Positions 12,620-24,305 of a stretch of 64,000 nucleotides of DNA are shown piece by piece (within the stretch, counting starts at the first letter, position 1; each line of letters opens with the position of its first letter). Where the stretch lies: assembly GCA_965153455.1 (NCBI GenBank), contig OZ234493.1:32416213-32480212 (forward strand), given 5' to 3'. Position numbers and translations under genes: made by a program. The notes below the pieces were generated by a model. It saw nothing but the letters and a program-made list of their open reading frames with translations. It searched no databases and was not told the DNA's origin. Origin of the DNA: Sphagnum compactum (Eukaryota).

Positions 12620-14390
12620 GCAATAAAGATCTGCAGGTTCTCATCAAAGTGTGAATTAGGTTGCCTAGTTTGAAATTGAATTTCAATGCTACAATAAGGA
12701 TCCACTGGTTTTTGTCAAAGTCTGGAGGTTGCCAAGATTTTGTTTTAGATTGGAAATGGTACAATAAAAGATCTGCAGGTTCTCATCAAAGTTTGAATTA
12801 GGTTGCCTAGTTTGAAATTGAATTTCAATGCTACAATAAGGATCCACTGGTTTTTGTCAAAGTCTCAAGGTTGCCAAGATTTTGTTTTAGATTGGAAATG
12901 GTACAATAAAAGATCTGCAGGTTCTCATCAAAGTTTGAATTAGGTTGCCAAAGTTTGAAATTGAATTTCAATGCTACAATAAGGATCCACTGGTTTTTGT
13001 CAAAGTCTCAAGGTTGCCCAGATTTTGTTTTAGATTTGAAATGGTACAATAAAAGATCTGCAGGTTCTCAGCAAAGTGTGAATCAGGTTGTTGAAAGTTT
13101 GAAATTGAATTTCAATGCTACAATAAGGATCCATCTGTTGTTGTCAAAGTCTGGAGGTTGCCAAGATTTTGTTTTAGATTTGAAATGGTACAATAAAAGA
13201 TTGGCAGGTTCTCATCAAAGAGTGAATTAGGTTGCCGAAAGTTTGAAATTGAATTTCAATTCTACAATAAGGATCCACTGGTTGTTGTCAAAGTCAGGTT
13301 GCCAAGATTTTCTTTTAAATTTGAAATGGTACAATAAAATATTTGCAGGTTCCTCATCAAACAAAGTCTCATGGTCTTCAAGCTTCCTCTTTTAGATTTG
13401 AAATGCTACAATTCAGAAGATCCTCAGGTTCTCATCAAACCCTCAAGGTTGCCAATAAAATTTTCTTTCATATCAAATGCTACAATTCAAAAGATCCACA
13501 GGTTCTCATCAGACCCTCAAGGTTGGCAATATTTTCTTTCATTTCAAATGCTGCAATTCGTAAAATCCGCAGGTTCTTATCAAACCCTCCAGGTTGCCAA
13601 GATTCTCCTCAATTTCTACAATTAAAGATCTGGCTTGTTCTCATAAAAATCTCAAGTTTGCAAAAAATTTCTTGGAATTTCAATGCAACAATTTTAAGAG
13701 ATCCGCAGGTTATCATAAAAATCTCAAGGTTGCCAAGATTTTCTTTAAAGATCCACAGGATCTCGTCAAGACCTCAAAGCTTGGTTTGTTGGTTCCAATG
13801 CTACAATTTAAAAATTCATAAGTTCTCATCAAAGTCTCAAGGTTTTTGGTCAAGTGCTGAATTAAGGATCCACAAGTTCTCTCGTCAATCAACGTCTGAC
13901 AGCAGTGCCGAGATTTTTCCCGTAATTTCAGATGCCACAATCTTAAAGATCCGCAGGTTCTCATCAATCTCAAGGGGCGCCAAGATTTCTCTGTAATTTC
14001 TCGAGTGCCCCAATTTTAAAGATCCCCGGGTTCTCTCGTCGATCAAATTCTCAATCCATGGCCACTGCGCCAAGATCTTTCTCACTTCAACGAGCCTGCA
14101 AAAAGATCCGCCGGTTCTCTACGGTGGCCACGATTCTGCCGCCGTTTCCAAAATAAGCCAGCACAATTTAAAGACCCGCCGGTTCTCCAGTCTAACAAAA
14201 TCTATCTGTCTCAAAAGCTCGTTGCCAAAGATTTTAGATCCTTTCCATTTCAATGAGCCGACCAATGAAGGGCCCTCCGGTTCTCTTGAGACTCTTAAGG
14301 GGTTCGTTACAAGTCGAGATTTGAAAATCTTTCTCATTTCAATGCGCCGCCCTCGATTGAAAGAACCGCCGGTTCTCCACCTTCGGAGAG
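12620..14390. repeat. Tandem array of ~66-72-bp monomers, organised as 142-144-bp dimers at the left end
   Basis: GATCTGCAGGTTCTCA (one variant) recurs at 12628, 12770, 12912, 13055 and 13199. The core AAGATCC(G/A)CAGGTTCTC..AAGGTTGCCAAGATT..TTTCAATGCTACAAT continues in increasingly diverged form to ~14380. Confidence 0.9.
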
Positions 14391-14880
14391 CGTGAAGGAA
14401 GGTGATTGCCAGAGATTTTTCTTTGTGTTTGTTTGATAAAAATTCAATGCCACGTAATTATGAAGCACCGATGAGCGCGACGTCCGCTCATATCCGGAAA
14501 TCTCGTGGCGGCGCGCAGTTCCGCTCGCGCGAGAAGCTACATTTCACCGTCGCAGTTTAGCGGCGATCAGGAAACCATGACGCCACCGCCATCCCAGCTG
14601 CTGCTGCTGCTAGCTGCCTACTACTGCTGCGCTTTTCACCAGTTTTCGCATGATCGAATCCTCTCGGCACATTCCAATTGCAGTTTGTTCCTTTCTGTCT
14701 TTACTTCCTTGAAAGGTTCAGATTGCATGCAAGCTGCAACAGCTGGTGCTTGTAAGCCTATTACAGATGATCTGCGGCAATGCCGAAAGTTGAGGAGGAG
14801 GAGGAGGCCCGCGTAAACCCAGCTGCTACTTGTCAAAGTATCTAGTAACGCAGTTAGTCTCACCAGCTAGCTGCAGCAAC

Positions 14881-14900
14881 TTTAGGGTTTAGGGTTTAGG
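14881..14900 (+). promoter_or_regulatory. Short interstitial telomere repeat / telo-box cluster upstream of the MSL coding region
   Basis: TTTAGGGTTTAGGGTTTAGG. Confidence 0.55.
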
Positions 14901-15729
14901 CTCTTGTTTTGGTGACACGCGGGGGTCGCTCAATCAGTTTGCATCATAACTCATGAGCTAGACTATCTAGTCTAGCTCAGATAATCGCATCCAGCGGTTA
15001 TGGATCCAAATTCTGGACACAGCGTAAACGTCGGTTTTAATTTAGGCCAAAAGCCACAGTACAAGAATATATCTTAGAGCACCTAATTCTGGTTACAAGA
15101 CGGCCAGTAACTATTGTACTCGCTGTCGCAACTTCCATCAAATTTTAATAAATCGAGCTTTGAAAACTACCCCAAACTTTCTCCACAGCATTGAATGCAT
15201 GAAGAACTCGCTCTGGACTCTCTGGTGGAGTCTGTCTTTTGTGGGTGGGGGAGCTAATTATCTATTTCCAGCTCCTGGGCACAAATGTTTTTCCTGAGTT
15301 CGTCTGTCCAAGTCTACTGCTGCAATATTATCTAGATAGCTATTACAAGTGGGGTTCATTAAGATTGTAGTATATCAAGAGCTACTTCCTTCCCCAGCTT
15401 CTTCGTCTGCATCGATCTCTAGCTAGCTGGTAATGTGCAGCTGATATAGAAGACTGAAGTTGGGTTGTCGATTGCAGCTCTGGGGATTGTTAGTAGCACG
15501 CCTGCATCACCGAGAACTGTCTTATATTGAAGTTTTGGAGCGTAAAGTTCAGCTTGTCCTTGAAGTACACGATTGGGGAGTTACCCTAGTGGACACGGCA
15601 GGGATTGAGGCCGATTAGCGGCAGCTTGCGCGATCTCAGAATTAGCAGCAAACGAATTAGGGGTAACTAGATATTAGTCAGACTTCCTTTTGCTGCAGCT
15701 GGCTGATTCCTTCAGTGATTCCTCGGCAT

Positions 15730-18700
15730 ATGTCCAGTATTAACTGCAGTAATATGGATAGGCTCAAGTCGCTGAGTAGGAGCAAGAACTACAGACAACT
15801 CCCGCGAGATGCAGCTCACCCTGCTGAGAATAATCACAGCAGCAGCAGTTCTACTGCACTAATGGATGATGTAGACTGCAACGAGGCGGATTCCAGATAT
15901 TTCATGGACGAAAGGGAGGATGTTGTTTTGAGAATCCGCGATGACAATACTAGTCCTGATCTTGCAAGTGCCAGGTGGAGATTTCCAGATGATGATGAAG
16001 AGGGAGGAGTATTCCACAGATCACAGGCTAGTCTTGATCCGAGTACTGAGCTGCCAGCTGCTTCTGAGGCTATGATGAAGGACATGGATATGGCGGTCGT
16101 CGGATCAGGAGTTGTGAGATCAACTGCAGGGTCTAGGCAAGGAATTCGGCGAGAATGTAGCTACAACTTTCTCGCAGGTCATCATCACGAGGTCGAACTA
16201 GCTGCTGCGGCGTCTCGGAAGAATGGGCGTAGCTTGAACTCGAGGTTCATGTCGAGCCTCACGAGTTCGAGCAATGAGGTCGAGAAGAGTCGACGGCGAG
16301 GGACGAGTTTCGACTTCGGCAGCTTGCAGCAAGTCGACCCGCCGTCGCGACTGATCGGCACCTTCTTGCAAGGACAGAAGGAGAGCGGCGAGCACTCACT
16401 GGATATGAACTTGGGATTCGACCTGCAGAGCTGCTGCCCCGAAGTACAGCTGCTGGCTGCTTCCGATCATCATCACTCCAGCGCCGACCAAAACCGCGTC
16501 TTGGAGCCGATGACCAGCTCGAGCGATCCGTTTCCGCTACCGATCAGTTCGAGAACAGCTACCGAGTCTCCGATCATTACAGCTGCTGGTTCCATGACAG
16601 ATTTGTCGCCAACTGCAACTCCAGCTACCGCTGCTTCCCGACTACCAGTTCGTTCACCCATCTCAAGCAGGGTGAGGTTCGAATTACGAGTTGATACAAA
16701 CACAGCTGCTCCTGCACGTGATTCCATTGCCGAAAACAGTACTTCCGGCAACGACGATCTTGATTGTGCACAGCAGCAGGCTATGAATAATATCGAGCTG
16801 CTGCAGGAACGCCGTGAGCTCAACACGAGTACTCCAGCTAGTCGGTCGGATCATGAGTCGTCGACTCCTGGCGAACCAAATCAGGAGCCGCAGGAGCAGA
16901 ACTCGATCTACAGTCATGGACTCAGAGCTCATAGAACTAGCACAAGTAGTATCAAGCCCGCGTCGAAGGAAGCTGAGAATTCCATATCCGGCATGTCAGA
17001 TCAAGAGGAAGAAGCGGGGGAAAATCTCAAATCCTCCCCTAAATCTTTCTCATCTCGCGGACTGAGTCGACTCGCTTCCGGAGCTTCGACTCCGACACCG
17101 TTCTCGCGCGTGAAGTCGAGATTCGCGGAGCCCCCGAAAGGAACAACCCCCGCGACGTCGCAGCAGCAGCAAAGATCATCCGGGCAGATAAGATCAACGT
17201 CCGGGCAGCAGCAGAGATCATCATCCGGGCAGTTAAAGCAGTCGGGCCTAATTCCTTGCACTGGGTTATTATCTCGAGTCACAGAAGAGGGAGAATTAGA
17301 GGAGGATTTGGACCCATTTAGGGACATAGATTTTCCTGAAAAATTCAAGTCACAACATGAGAAATGGGGTTGGGTACTTCTCTTGGAATGGCTTGTGCTT
17401 GTATTGATGGTGGGAGCTTTGGTGTGTAGTATAGTGATCCATAAGTTGAAGAGGGTTGAATTATTGGGTTTACTCCTGTGGAAATGGGTGGTGGTGGCTT
17501 TAGTCACCATTTGTGGGCGGCTGGTTTCGGGTTGGGTTATTCGTATTCTTGTGTTTTTTTTGGAAAGGAGTTTCATTTTACGGAAACGGGTGTTGTACTT
17601 TGTGTACGCCTTACGGAAAGGTGTACAAAATTTGTTGTGGTTGGCATTTGTATTGATAACTTGGCATTTTTTGCTCAACCCACAAGCGAAGAATGCGATT
17701 AAAGTCCTTAACTATATCACTAAAGCCTTAGTTTGTTTTTTAATAGCTGCCGTGTTGGTTGTTGTTAAAATCTTCTTAGTTAAGGTGCTCGCCTCTTGTT
17801 TCCATGTTGACAAATATTTTGAGAGGATCCGTGACTCTTTGTTTAATCAATTTGTTCTCGAAACACTTATGGGGCCTCCGGTGGAGGAAGAGCGACAAAG
17901 TTTCATTGAGGATGAAAGGTTGAAAGCTGAGGTTGCTGGGTTGAAGAAAGCTGGTGCTGTGGCCCCAGGGTTAAATATGGACCAGCTTACAGATAGTGTT
18001 TTATCAACTAAAAAGCAGCCGATACAAAAGGACCAGCCACAAGATGTACCCAAGAGTGGGTTAATTGGGAAGAGTGGATTAATAATTGGGGTGTCCAAGC
18101 ACTCTAGTTCAAACACAGAGGCTGCTGGGATGGATGAAAAAGTCATTAGTATGCAGACTTTGGCTAAGTTGAAACAACGGAATGTGTCGGCCTGGAACAT
18201 GAAGCGGTTGATCAACTTGGTGAAACATACAGGGGTAGCAACCTTGACCCATAATATTGAGGACAATTTGATGGACACCGATGGGAATATGGGCGATCAG
18301 AGTGACAGAGAGATAAATTGTGAGTGGAAAGCCAAATTTGCAGCCAAGCAAATCTTCAATAATGTTGCAAGACCGCGCTGCAAGTATGAGACACCCCCAC
18401 ACTTAAACCCTAACCCTAGTATTCTTGTTTTCCCAGCAAATTATTTAGTTAGTAATTTTGAATGGGGAGAACTTTGGAATTTTTGTTTCTTTTTTGGCAA
18501 ACAAAATCAAAAAAATGGAAACAAAACCTTGAGTTACAATATTCTTGAGTTGCTTGGGTAAGAGATGTACCTTTTGTTGTTTTATAAAGTCCTACTTGTT
18601 AGTAGTAGTTTGCGTAATTTCCTTATTTGAAATTCTATGATTTTTTGAATACCCTAGTTTGTGGTAATTTGTCATACAAATTGTTTTCTGTGAGCTTGGA

Positions 18701-20440
18701 AGATTTTTATTGGGTTTGTGCAGGCACATTACCGAGTGTGATTTGCTACGCTTCATGAACGAGGAGGAAGTTAGCCATACACTTCCTCTTTTTGACGGTG
18801 CAATGGAGACTCGCATGATCACTCAACGTGTTCTAAAAAATTGGGTGGTATGTTCTCTTCTACACAGACTGCAGAAAAACTTTGTTGTCTGGCATTGGGC
18901 ATTTCTTCCTTGTCCCTCAACTAATAATGTACCTTACCTACGAAGACTGAAGTTTGGCACAAAATAATTCACAAAAAAGACTCAAACTCTCAACTTCTTG
19001 TAAAAAACTATTTATTGTCACAACTATTTATTGGGTTATTATTATTATTAAAAATACATAATAAATCCTTCAATTATAATCAAGTCTCAAATTTTGAACA
19101 TGGGCTATTTTTTATTTCATTTATTTTCCTAAGGACGAAAGTTTAATTTCCCATCTTGTGTTCATTGAGCAGGTCAATGTGTATAGAGAGAGACGAGCTC
19201 TCTCATTGTCTCTACATGATACAAAGACGGCTGTAAACAGGCTCCACCAGATACTAAATGTGATTCTATTCACAATTCTTATCGTCATCTGGTTATTGGT
19301 TCTTGGAATCGCAACCAAAAATCTGCTGGTTTTTGTGTCATCCCAATTACTTCTTGTTGTATTTATATTCGGAAACACGTGTAAGAATATTTTTGAGGCG
19401 ATCGTCTTCCTCTTTGTCTTGCACCCATTTGATGTTGGTGACCGATGCATTATTGATGGTACTCAGGTACACTTTAATGGAACATCATCAATCCAGCAAA
19501 TTTTATGATAAATTATTTTCAATAAAAAAAAAATTATGTTCATGATATATATATATATTTTTTCTTATTAGAATACAGAATTGGTGTTGAGTAAATTAGT
19601 TTGGCTACCTTGCAAGTAAATCTGAGTTCCAAGTACCCATTTGGTAATAAGTTTATTGTTTGCAATTCTTTTCCAATATTGTTACCTTTGATTAGAGTCG
19701 TAATTAATCGGTAATTAATTTTATTTAATTAGTTAATTAATTGGTGGTTTTTTTTTGGTGGTTGCCAGATGGTTGTTGAGGAGATGAACATATTGTCGAC
19801 AATATTCATTGGGGATGCAAATGTGAAAGTATGGTACCCAAACTCGGTGTTGGCTACAAAGCCTATACAGAATTTTTACCGAAGTCCAGAGATGGGTGAC
19901 AATTTCGACTTTGTGGTCGATGCCTCAACAACATCGACTGAGAAGATTGAACTTCTTAAGAAGCGTATAGGAAAGTAAGTTCTGCTTCTCTGATTTCATT
20001 CATTTTGTTTTGTGAAGTAGCTAAACCCTAAATACTAAACCATTTCTCCTCACACCAGAAATTACTAGTAAGCTAGTTTCCTTTGTTGCCACTGCCCAGA
20101 GTCTGCCCAGAGCAAAGAGACTTAGAATTCTGGGACAAAATTTTGGTGACATAATAAGCCCTGGAGGTAAAAATGACATGGCAGGTACATAAAAAGTAAG
20201 CCAGACCATTGGAAGGCGAAGTTTGGATTGTTCGCGGTGGATGTAGAGGAGATAAACAAGCTCAAGCTCTCCTTGGGACTCTCGCACACCATGAATTATC
20301 AAGATTATGGTGAGAAGGTGGCACGCAAATCTGAGCTGTTATTGGAGATGAAGAAAATTTTCGAGGAAATGGGCATTGGATATCACCTTCCAACCAAAGA
20401 AGTGTATTGCCACACAAACGTTCCTATAGAATCTAACTAA
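15730..20440 (+). CDS. MSL: MscS-like mechanosensitive ion channel (MSL4-10 group); ~1177 aa, 5 exons
   Basis: Exons 15730-18383, 18724-18847, 19173-19466, 19769-19974, 20185-20440 (total 3534 nt, in frame). Motifs: LRKRVLYFVYALRKGVQN, KVLASCFHVDKYFERIRDSLFNQFVLETLMGPP, VSAWNMKRL, KNWVVNVYRERRALSLSLHDTKTAV, FIFGNTCKNIFEAIVFLFVLHPFDVGDRC, MVVEEMNILST..YPNSVLATKPIQNFYRSP. The start could be a slightly later ATG (MDRLKS). Confidence 0.93.
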
Positions 20441-21620
20441 GATGGACAGCCTATGAAAGGGTGGTTATTTGGTTGGAGAAAGGTGTTAGGTGCTGTCCTC
20501 CATAGCTCGTCCATTCCTTTAAATCCTTCCAATGTGGACTAACCTTAATAGCATCCTCTGTTCTGCACCAACCCTTGAAAATTATGCTTAAAGATTATCC
20601 TATCTTTGAGTCCTAGTTTGACCCTGTAATCTCTGTTTCATTCCCCCATTTGAGTACATCCACTTTAAAGTGTCAGTGAAATGGAACACTGTTTAATTAA
20701 ACTGCGCATCAGTTCACAAGATTGCAGAACTTGATTTAATGAAGAACATGAGCAGTGGTGAAAGCAAAAACAACATTTTTCAAGCTTGCATTCTAAAAAC
20801 GAAAAGGGAAAAGTTTCACAAGAAAATCAAAATAAACATGATTCAAAATTCAAAAACTTTTCAAGAGTTACAAAAAAAAAATGAAAAAATGAAGATCATC
20901 TTTTATCTCCAAATCCTTCTAGTTATACCAACTCATACTGTTGTTTGTAACTTAAATAGTCATTAGCTAGCACAACTTCAAAATCAAAATAAAAAGTTAA
21001 CTAGTCACAAATTCAAAAGTTCATGTTTTGTTCTACAACAAACAAACAAACAAACAACACTAATGCAAAAATAAATAGATAAATAAATGCAACACCATGC
21101 CCACCATAACTAGTTATTGTCACTCATAGCCACCCAATGCCTTAACTGTGAATGCTGAAAAACATAAAAGGTGACAAACACCTTCGACGCAGCTGAAGTA
21201 GATACTTCACACTCAAAGTGAACACCTCAGCCCTCAATCCAGGTCATATCAACATGCAATGCAAGAGTTATTCAATTTTGAGTATTTTCATCACTAGAAA
21301 ATCCAACAAAAAAAACAGATGCTTCCCAAACTGCGCAGGACAGCCAAGAGAGGCATATATGCCTCATTGGCCACAAGATGTGGAGCCTTATTTCAGCTTG
21401 AATCATGCATGCTCCAATGTCCAAAGGAAGCCTTGAGGGACATTAAAGCACTAAACTATGATTGTGTGGCTAAACGACACTACCTACCCTGAGCAAACTT
21501 AGTATCAAAATGACAATTTCACACAATTTGATTACTATACTTCATCCCAACATTGTCTGTGGAGTTCTTACTGTTGCACTAACATCGGGTTATTACAATC
21601 AACATGCTCGTGGCAGCAGC

Positions 21621-21766
21621 AGTGGGTGTGGTGTTGTTGTACAGAAAAACAATCAACAACAATTTTGCACTCCAATGCCACAATCACAGAGAAGTGGGTG
21701 TGGTGGTGTTGTACAGAAAAATCAATCAATCAACAACAATTTGCACTCCAATGCCACAATCACAGA
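21621..21766. repeat. Direct tandem duplication (~72 bp x2)
   Basis: AGTGGGTGTGGTG(T/G)TGTTGTACAGAAAAA..AACAAT..TGCACTCCAATGCCACAATCACAGAGA occurs twice. Confidence 0.85.
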
Positions 21767-22110
21767 GAGCTACATATCAATCAGCTCATTCCGACTCTAG
21801 CTAAAATGCCTATTCCATGAGCTTGTATATTTGTGTAACTTTTTCACACTAATACTACAACCCTTGTTGGTATGCTTAATGGTTTTTCCATGTCCATAAT
21901 AGAGTTAAGGTTTAAAGGAATCCATGTCTTATGAAGCCCATGAAAGGGGCAAAAGATGGGCATTTCATTTTTGGAGTTTGTGTGGAAAAGGTGTGTGCGG
22001 TAATGGGCTTCTGTGCCGTGATGTGCACATGCAATCCCTCATCAGACTTAACATTTTTTAGTGAAAATTTTAGGGTTTGCTGTTGTTGGTGTTGCATTTT
22101 TTTTGTGGCG

Positions 22111-22752
22111 ATGGCACTCTCAGTCCTCTCATCCACCTTCTCCAGCGCTGTTCCGGCTGCTTCTTCCTCCTTCTTCTCAGGCTCACAAGGCGGCTTCCAG
22201 GTACACATACTGGTGTGTTTGGATTCTGGGTTTCTGTTGGTGTCTATCATCTTTCGCTACATAGTATAAACCAGTGGCTGCCAAAATTTTCAAAGCTGCA
22301 TCTTGTCAGTCTCTCTCTCTAAGTTATACGTTATGGGTATTTTGTTTAATGAGTTTTTTCCTTGGTTTTGCTGAATTGAGAAGTGGATTTTGTGGTCTTG
22401 GGTTTTGGGTTTTGGGTTTTGGGTTTAGGTGAATAGAGGAGATGCAAGAGTGACATGTAGGAACACGGACATCCATCCCAAGTTTTTTAATGATGCCAAA
22501 GTGTACTGCAATGGAGAGCTTGTAATGACAACAGGAGGTACACAAGGGGAGTATGTGGTTGACGTGTGGTCAGGCAATCATCCCTTCTACCAGGGCAACA
22601 AGACTGCACTTGTGCTGGATGCAGACAGGGTGGATAAGTTCAAGCAACGCTATGCAGGTTTAGCAAGCCTGAATACCATTCCTGTCCTGACCAAAGGAGA
22701 GATTGTCTTTGAGAAGAAGAAGAAACCTGTCAAGGGGAAAGGAAAGAAATAG
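22111..22752 (+). CDS. RPL31: Plastid 50S ribosomal protein L31 precursor; ~137 aa, 2 exons
   Basis: Exon 1 (22111-22200) encodes a Ser/Ala-rich transit peptide, MALSVLSSTFSSAVPAASSSFFSGS. Exon 2 (22429-22752) encodes DIHPKFFNDAKVYCNGELVMTTGGTQGEYVVDVWSGNHPFYQG..DRVDKFKQRY. A small additional transit-peptide exon cannot be excluded. Confidence 0.92.
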
Positions 22753-24305
22753 AGAGGTATTCCCATCTTTATATTGATACATGATTCTGCACCCAAAACA
22801 ATGATCTTTTTATTGTTTTAGGCTACTTGTTGTCATGTGATGGGGAAGCTTTCTAGCACCAACCTCAACATAGAATGTACAAGTATCATCATCCACAAGC
22901 TTTCTCTTCATGTCCAAGCTGCAATTCCCCAAATAAAAAGAGCACCCACCTCATTCATAAACACCAGAAGTTTTTGGAGTTTTGATTCACCAAAGAGTCC
23001 AGCAAAGGAACATTGCGAAATTTATTTGGTTGTGTTGGCACTTAGTTGCTGCGCAAAGAGATTTGGGTTTGGTTTGTTCATAAAGTTTGTTGGAGTTTTG
23101 AACTCTTTTGTGCTTGATTCGAAAAGCCAGTTTTCCCAACTTTGCAAGTGGTTTACTAGATCAAATCTGTAGGGATTGAAATGCAAGACCAATCTGACTC
23201 ACCTGCTTTTTCTGGCTGCAAATCTTAGGCACCTGATTTAGATATCTAGACAACTGTGGATACGGAGAACATTTTTTGCAGCACTTAGTGACCAGCAATA
23301 TCTTGAATTAACATACCTAGAACAGTTTTATTTTTTGCAGGATTTAGTTTAGAGGACTCACTACAGCACTTTCTTTATTCGAAATTTCTCTCTGTGATGT
23401 ACATAAGCTTGTGGAGCATCAGTGGGGAATGTTTATAAACATGTATTTGGATTTTTACAAAGCTCTAGAAAGTTTTTTTTGAGAATGCTATGAGCACATT
23501 CCAAAAATACTTGAAGCTCGTGACACCACATCGCTTGTCCATATTTGAGATCTTAAGCAAGATCTTGAGACCTGTTCTGTATTCTCTCCTCTAGGAACCC
23601 GGAATGCAGCACCATCCTTGCTCATCTGCATTTGAGATCTTAATGGAGATCTTGAGAACTGTTCGATAGACACATCTGTCTCAGAGAGGCAGCACCAACA
23701 CCATAGTGGGGGTTTCAGGGTTGTTGATGGTGCACAGGGATTCTTGTATGCAACTAGGACTTTGTGAGGGATTTGCTGGTTTTGGTCTTTGCTATGGAGG
23801 ACACATCTTCAACAGGATTTTGAGAGCTGCACAAGAGTTAGACTCAATAGGTCTCTGTGTGCTTGTACAGAGGAAGAGAGCTTTGTAAGAAAGCTTATCC
23901 AGCCAGGTGGCACCTCTTCACCAAAACATAAGTTTGCTGAGTATTGCAACAAGAACCAACAATTCCTCCCTATTCCACAACTCTTCCCTATCTTGTCAAG
24001 TCACAAGCAGATACACTGCTGCAAGATCAATATGTACTGTAACAAACCAAACACAAACATCAAGTCCATCCCCCAGACATCATCTTCTTCCCATACTTGG
24101 ATGTATATATGTGTGTATGTATGTATGTATGTATGTATGCACATTGAAAGTGCCAGATCCCATTGTGGTCACCCTGACTTTCTGATTAAACCTTGTTATT
24201 GTTTTTACAAGGCTGACCAATGGGAAAAATCTGGTCTAGGACTCACTCTTCCAGCACACTTTTGGCTGCAACCCAACATTCCAGGATCCCATAGTGGCTA
24301 CCTGC

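Noticed and set aside
13343..13996. 217-aa ORF and overlapping ORFs within the satellite array
   Set aside because: Non-ATG start, monomer lengths not consistently multiples of three, similar ORFs in several frames and both strands, and no recognisable domain.
17001..17678. 225-aa antisense ORF over MSL exon 1, and similar antisense ORFs over SCAB, LHCB6 and MAKR
   Set aside because: Shadow ORFs of genuine coding exons on the opposite strand.
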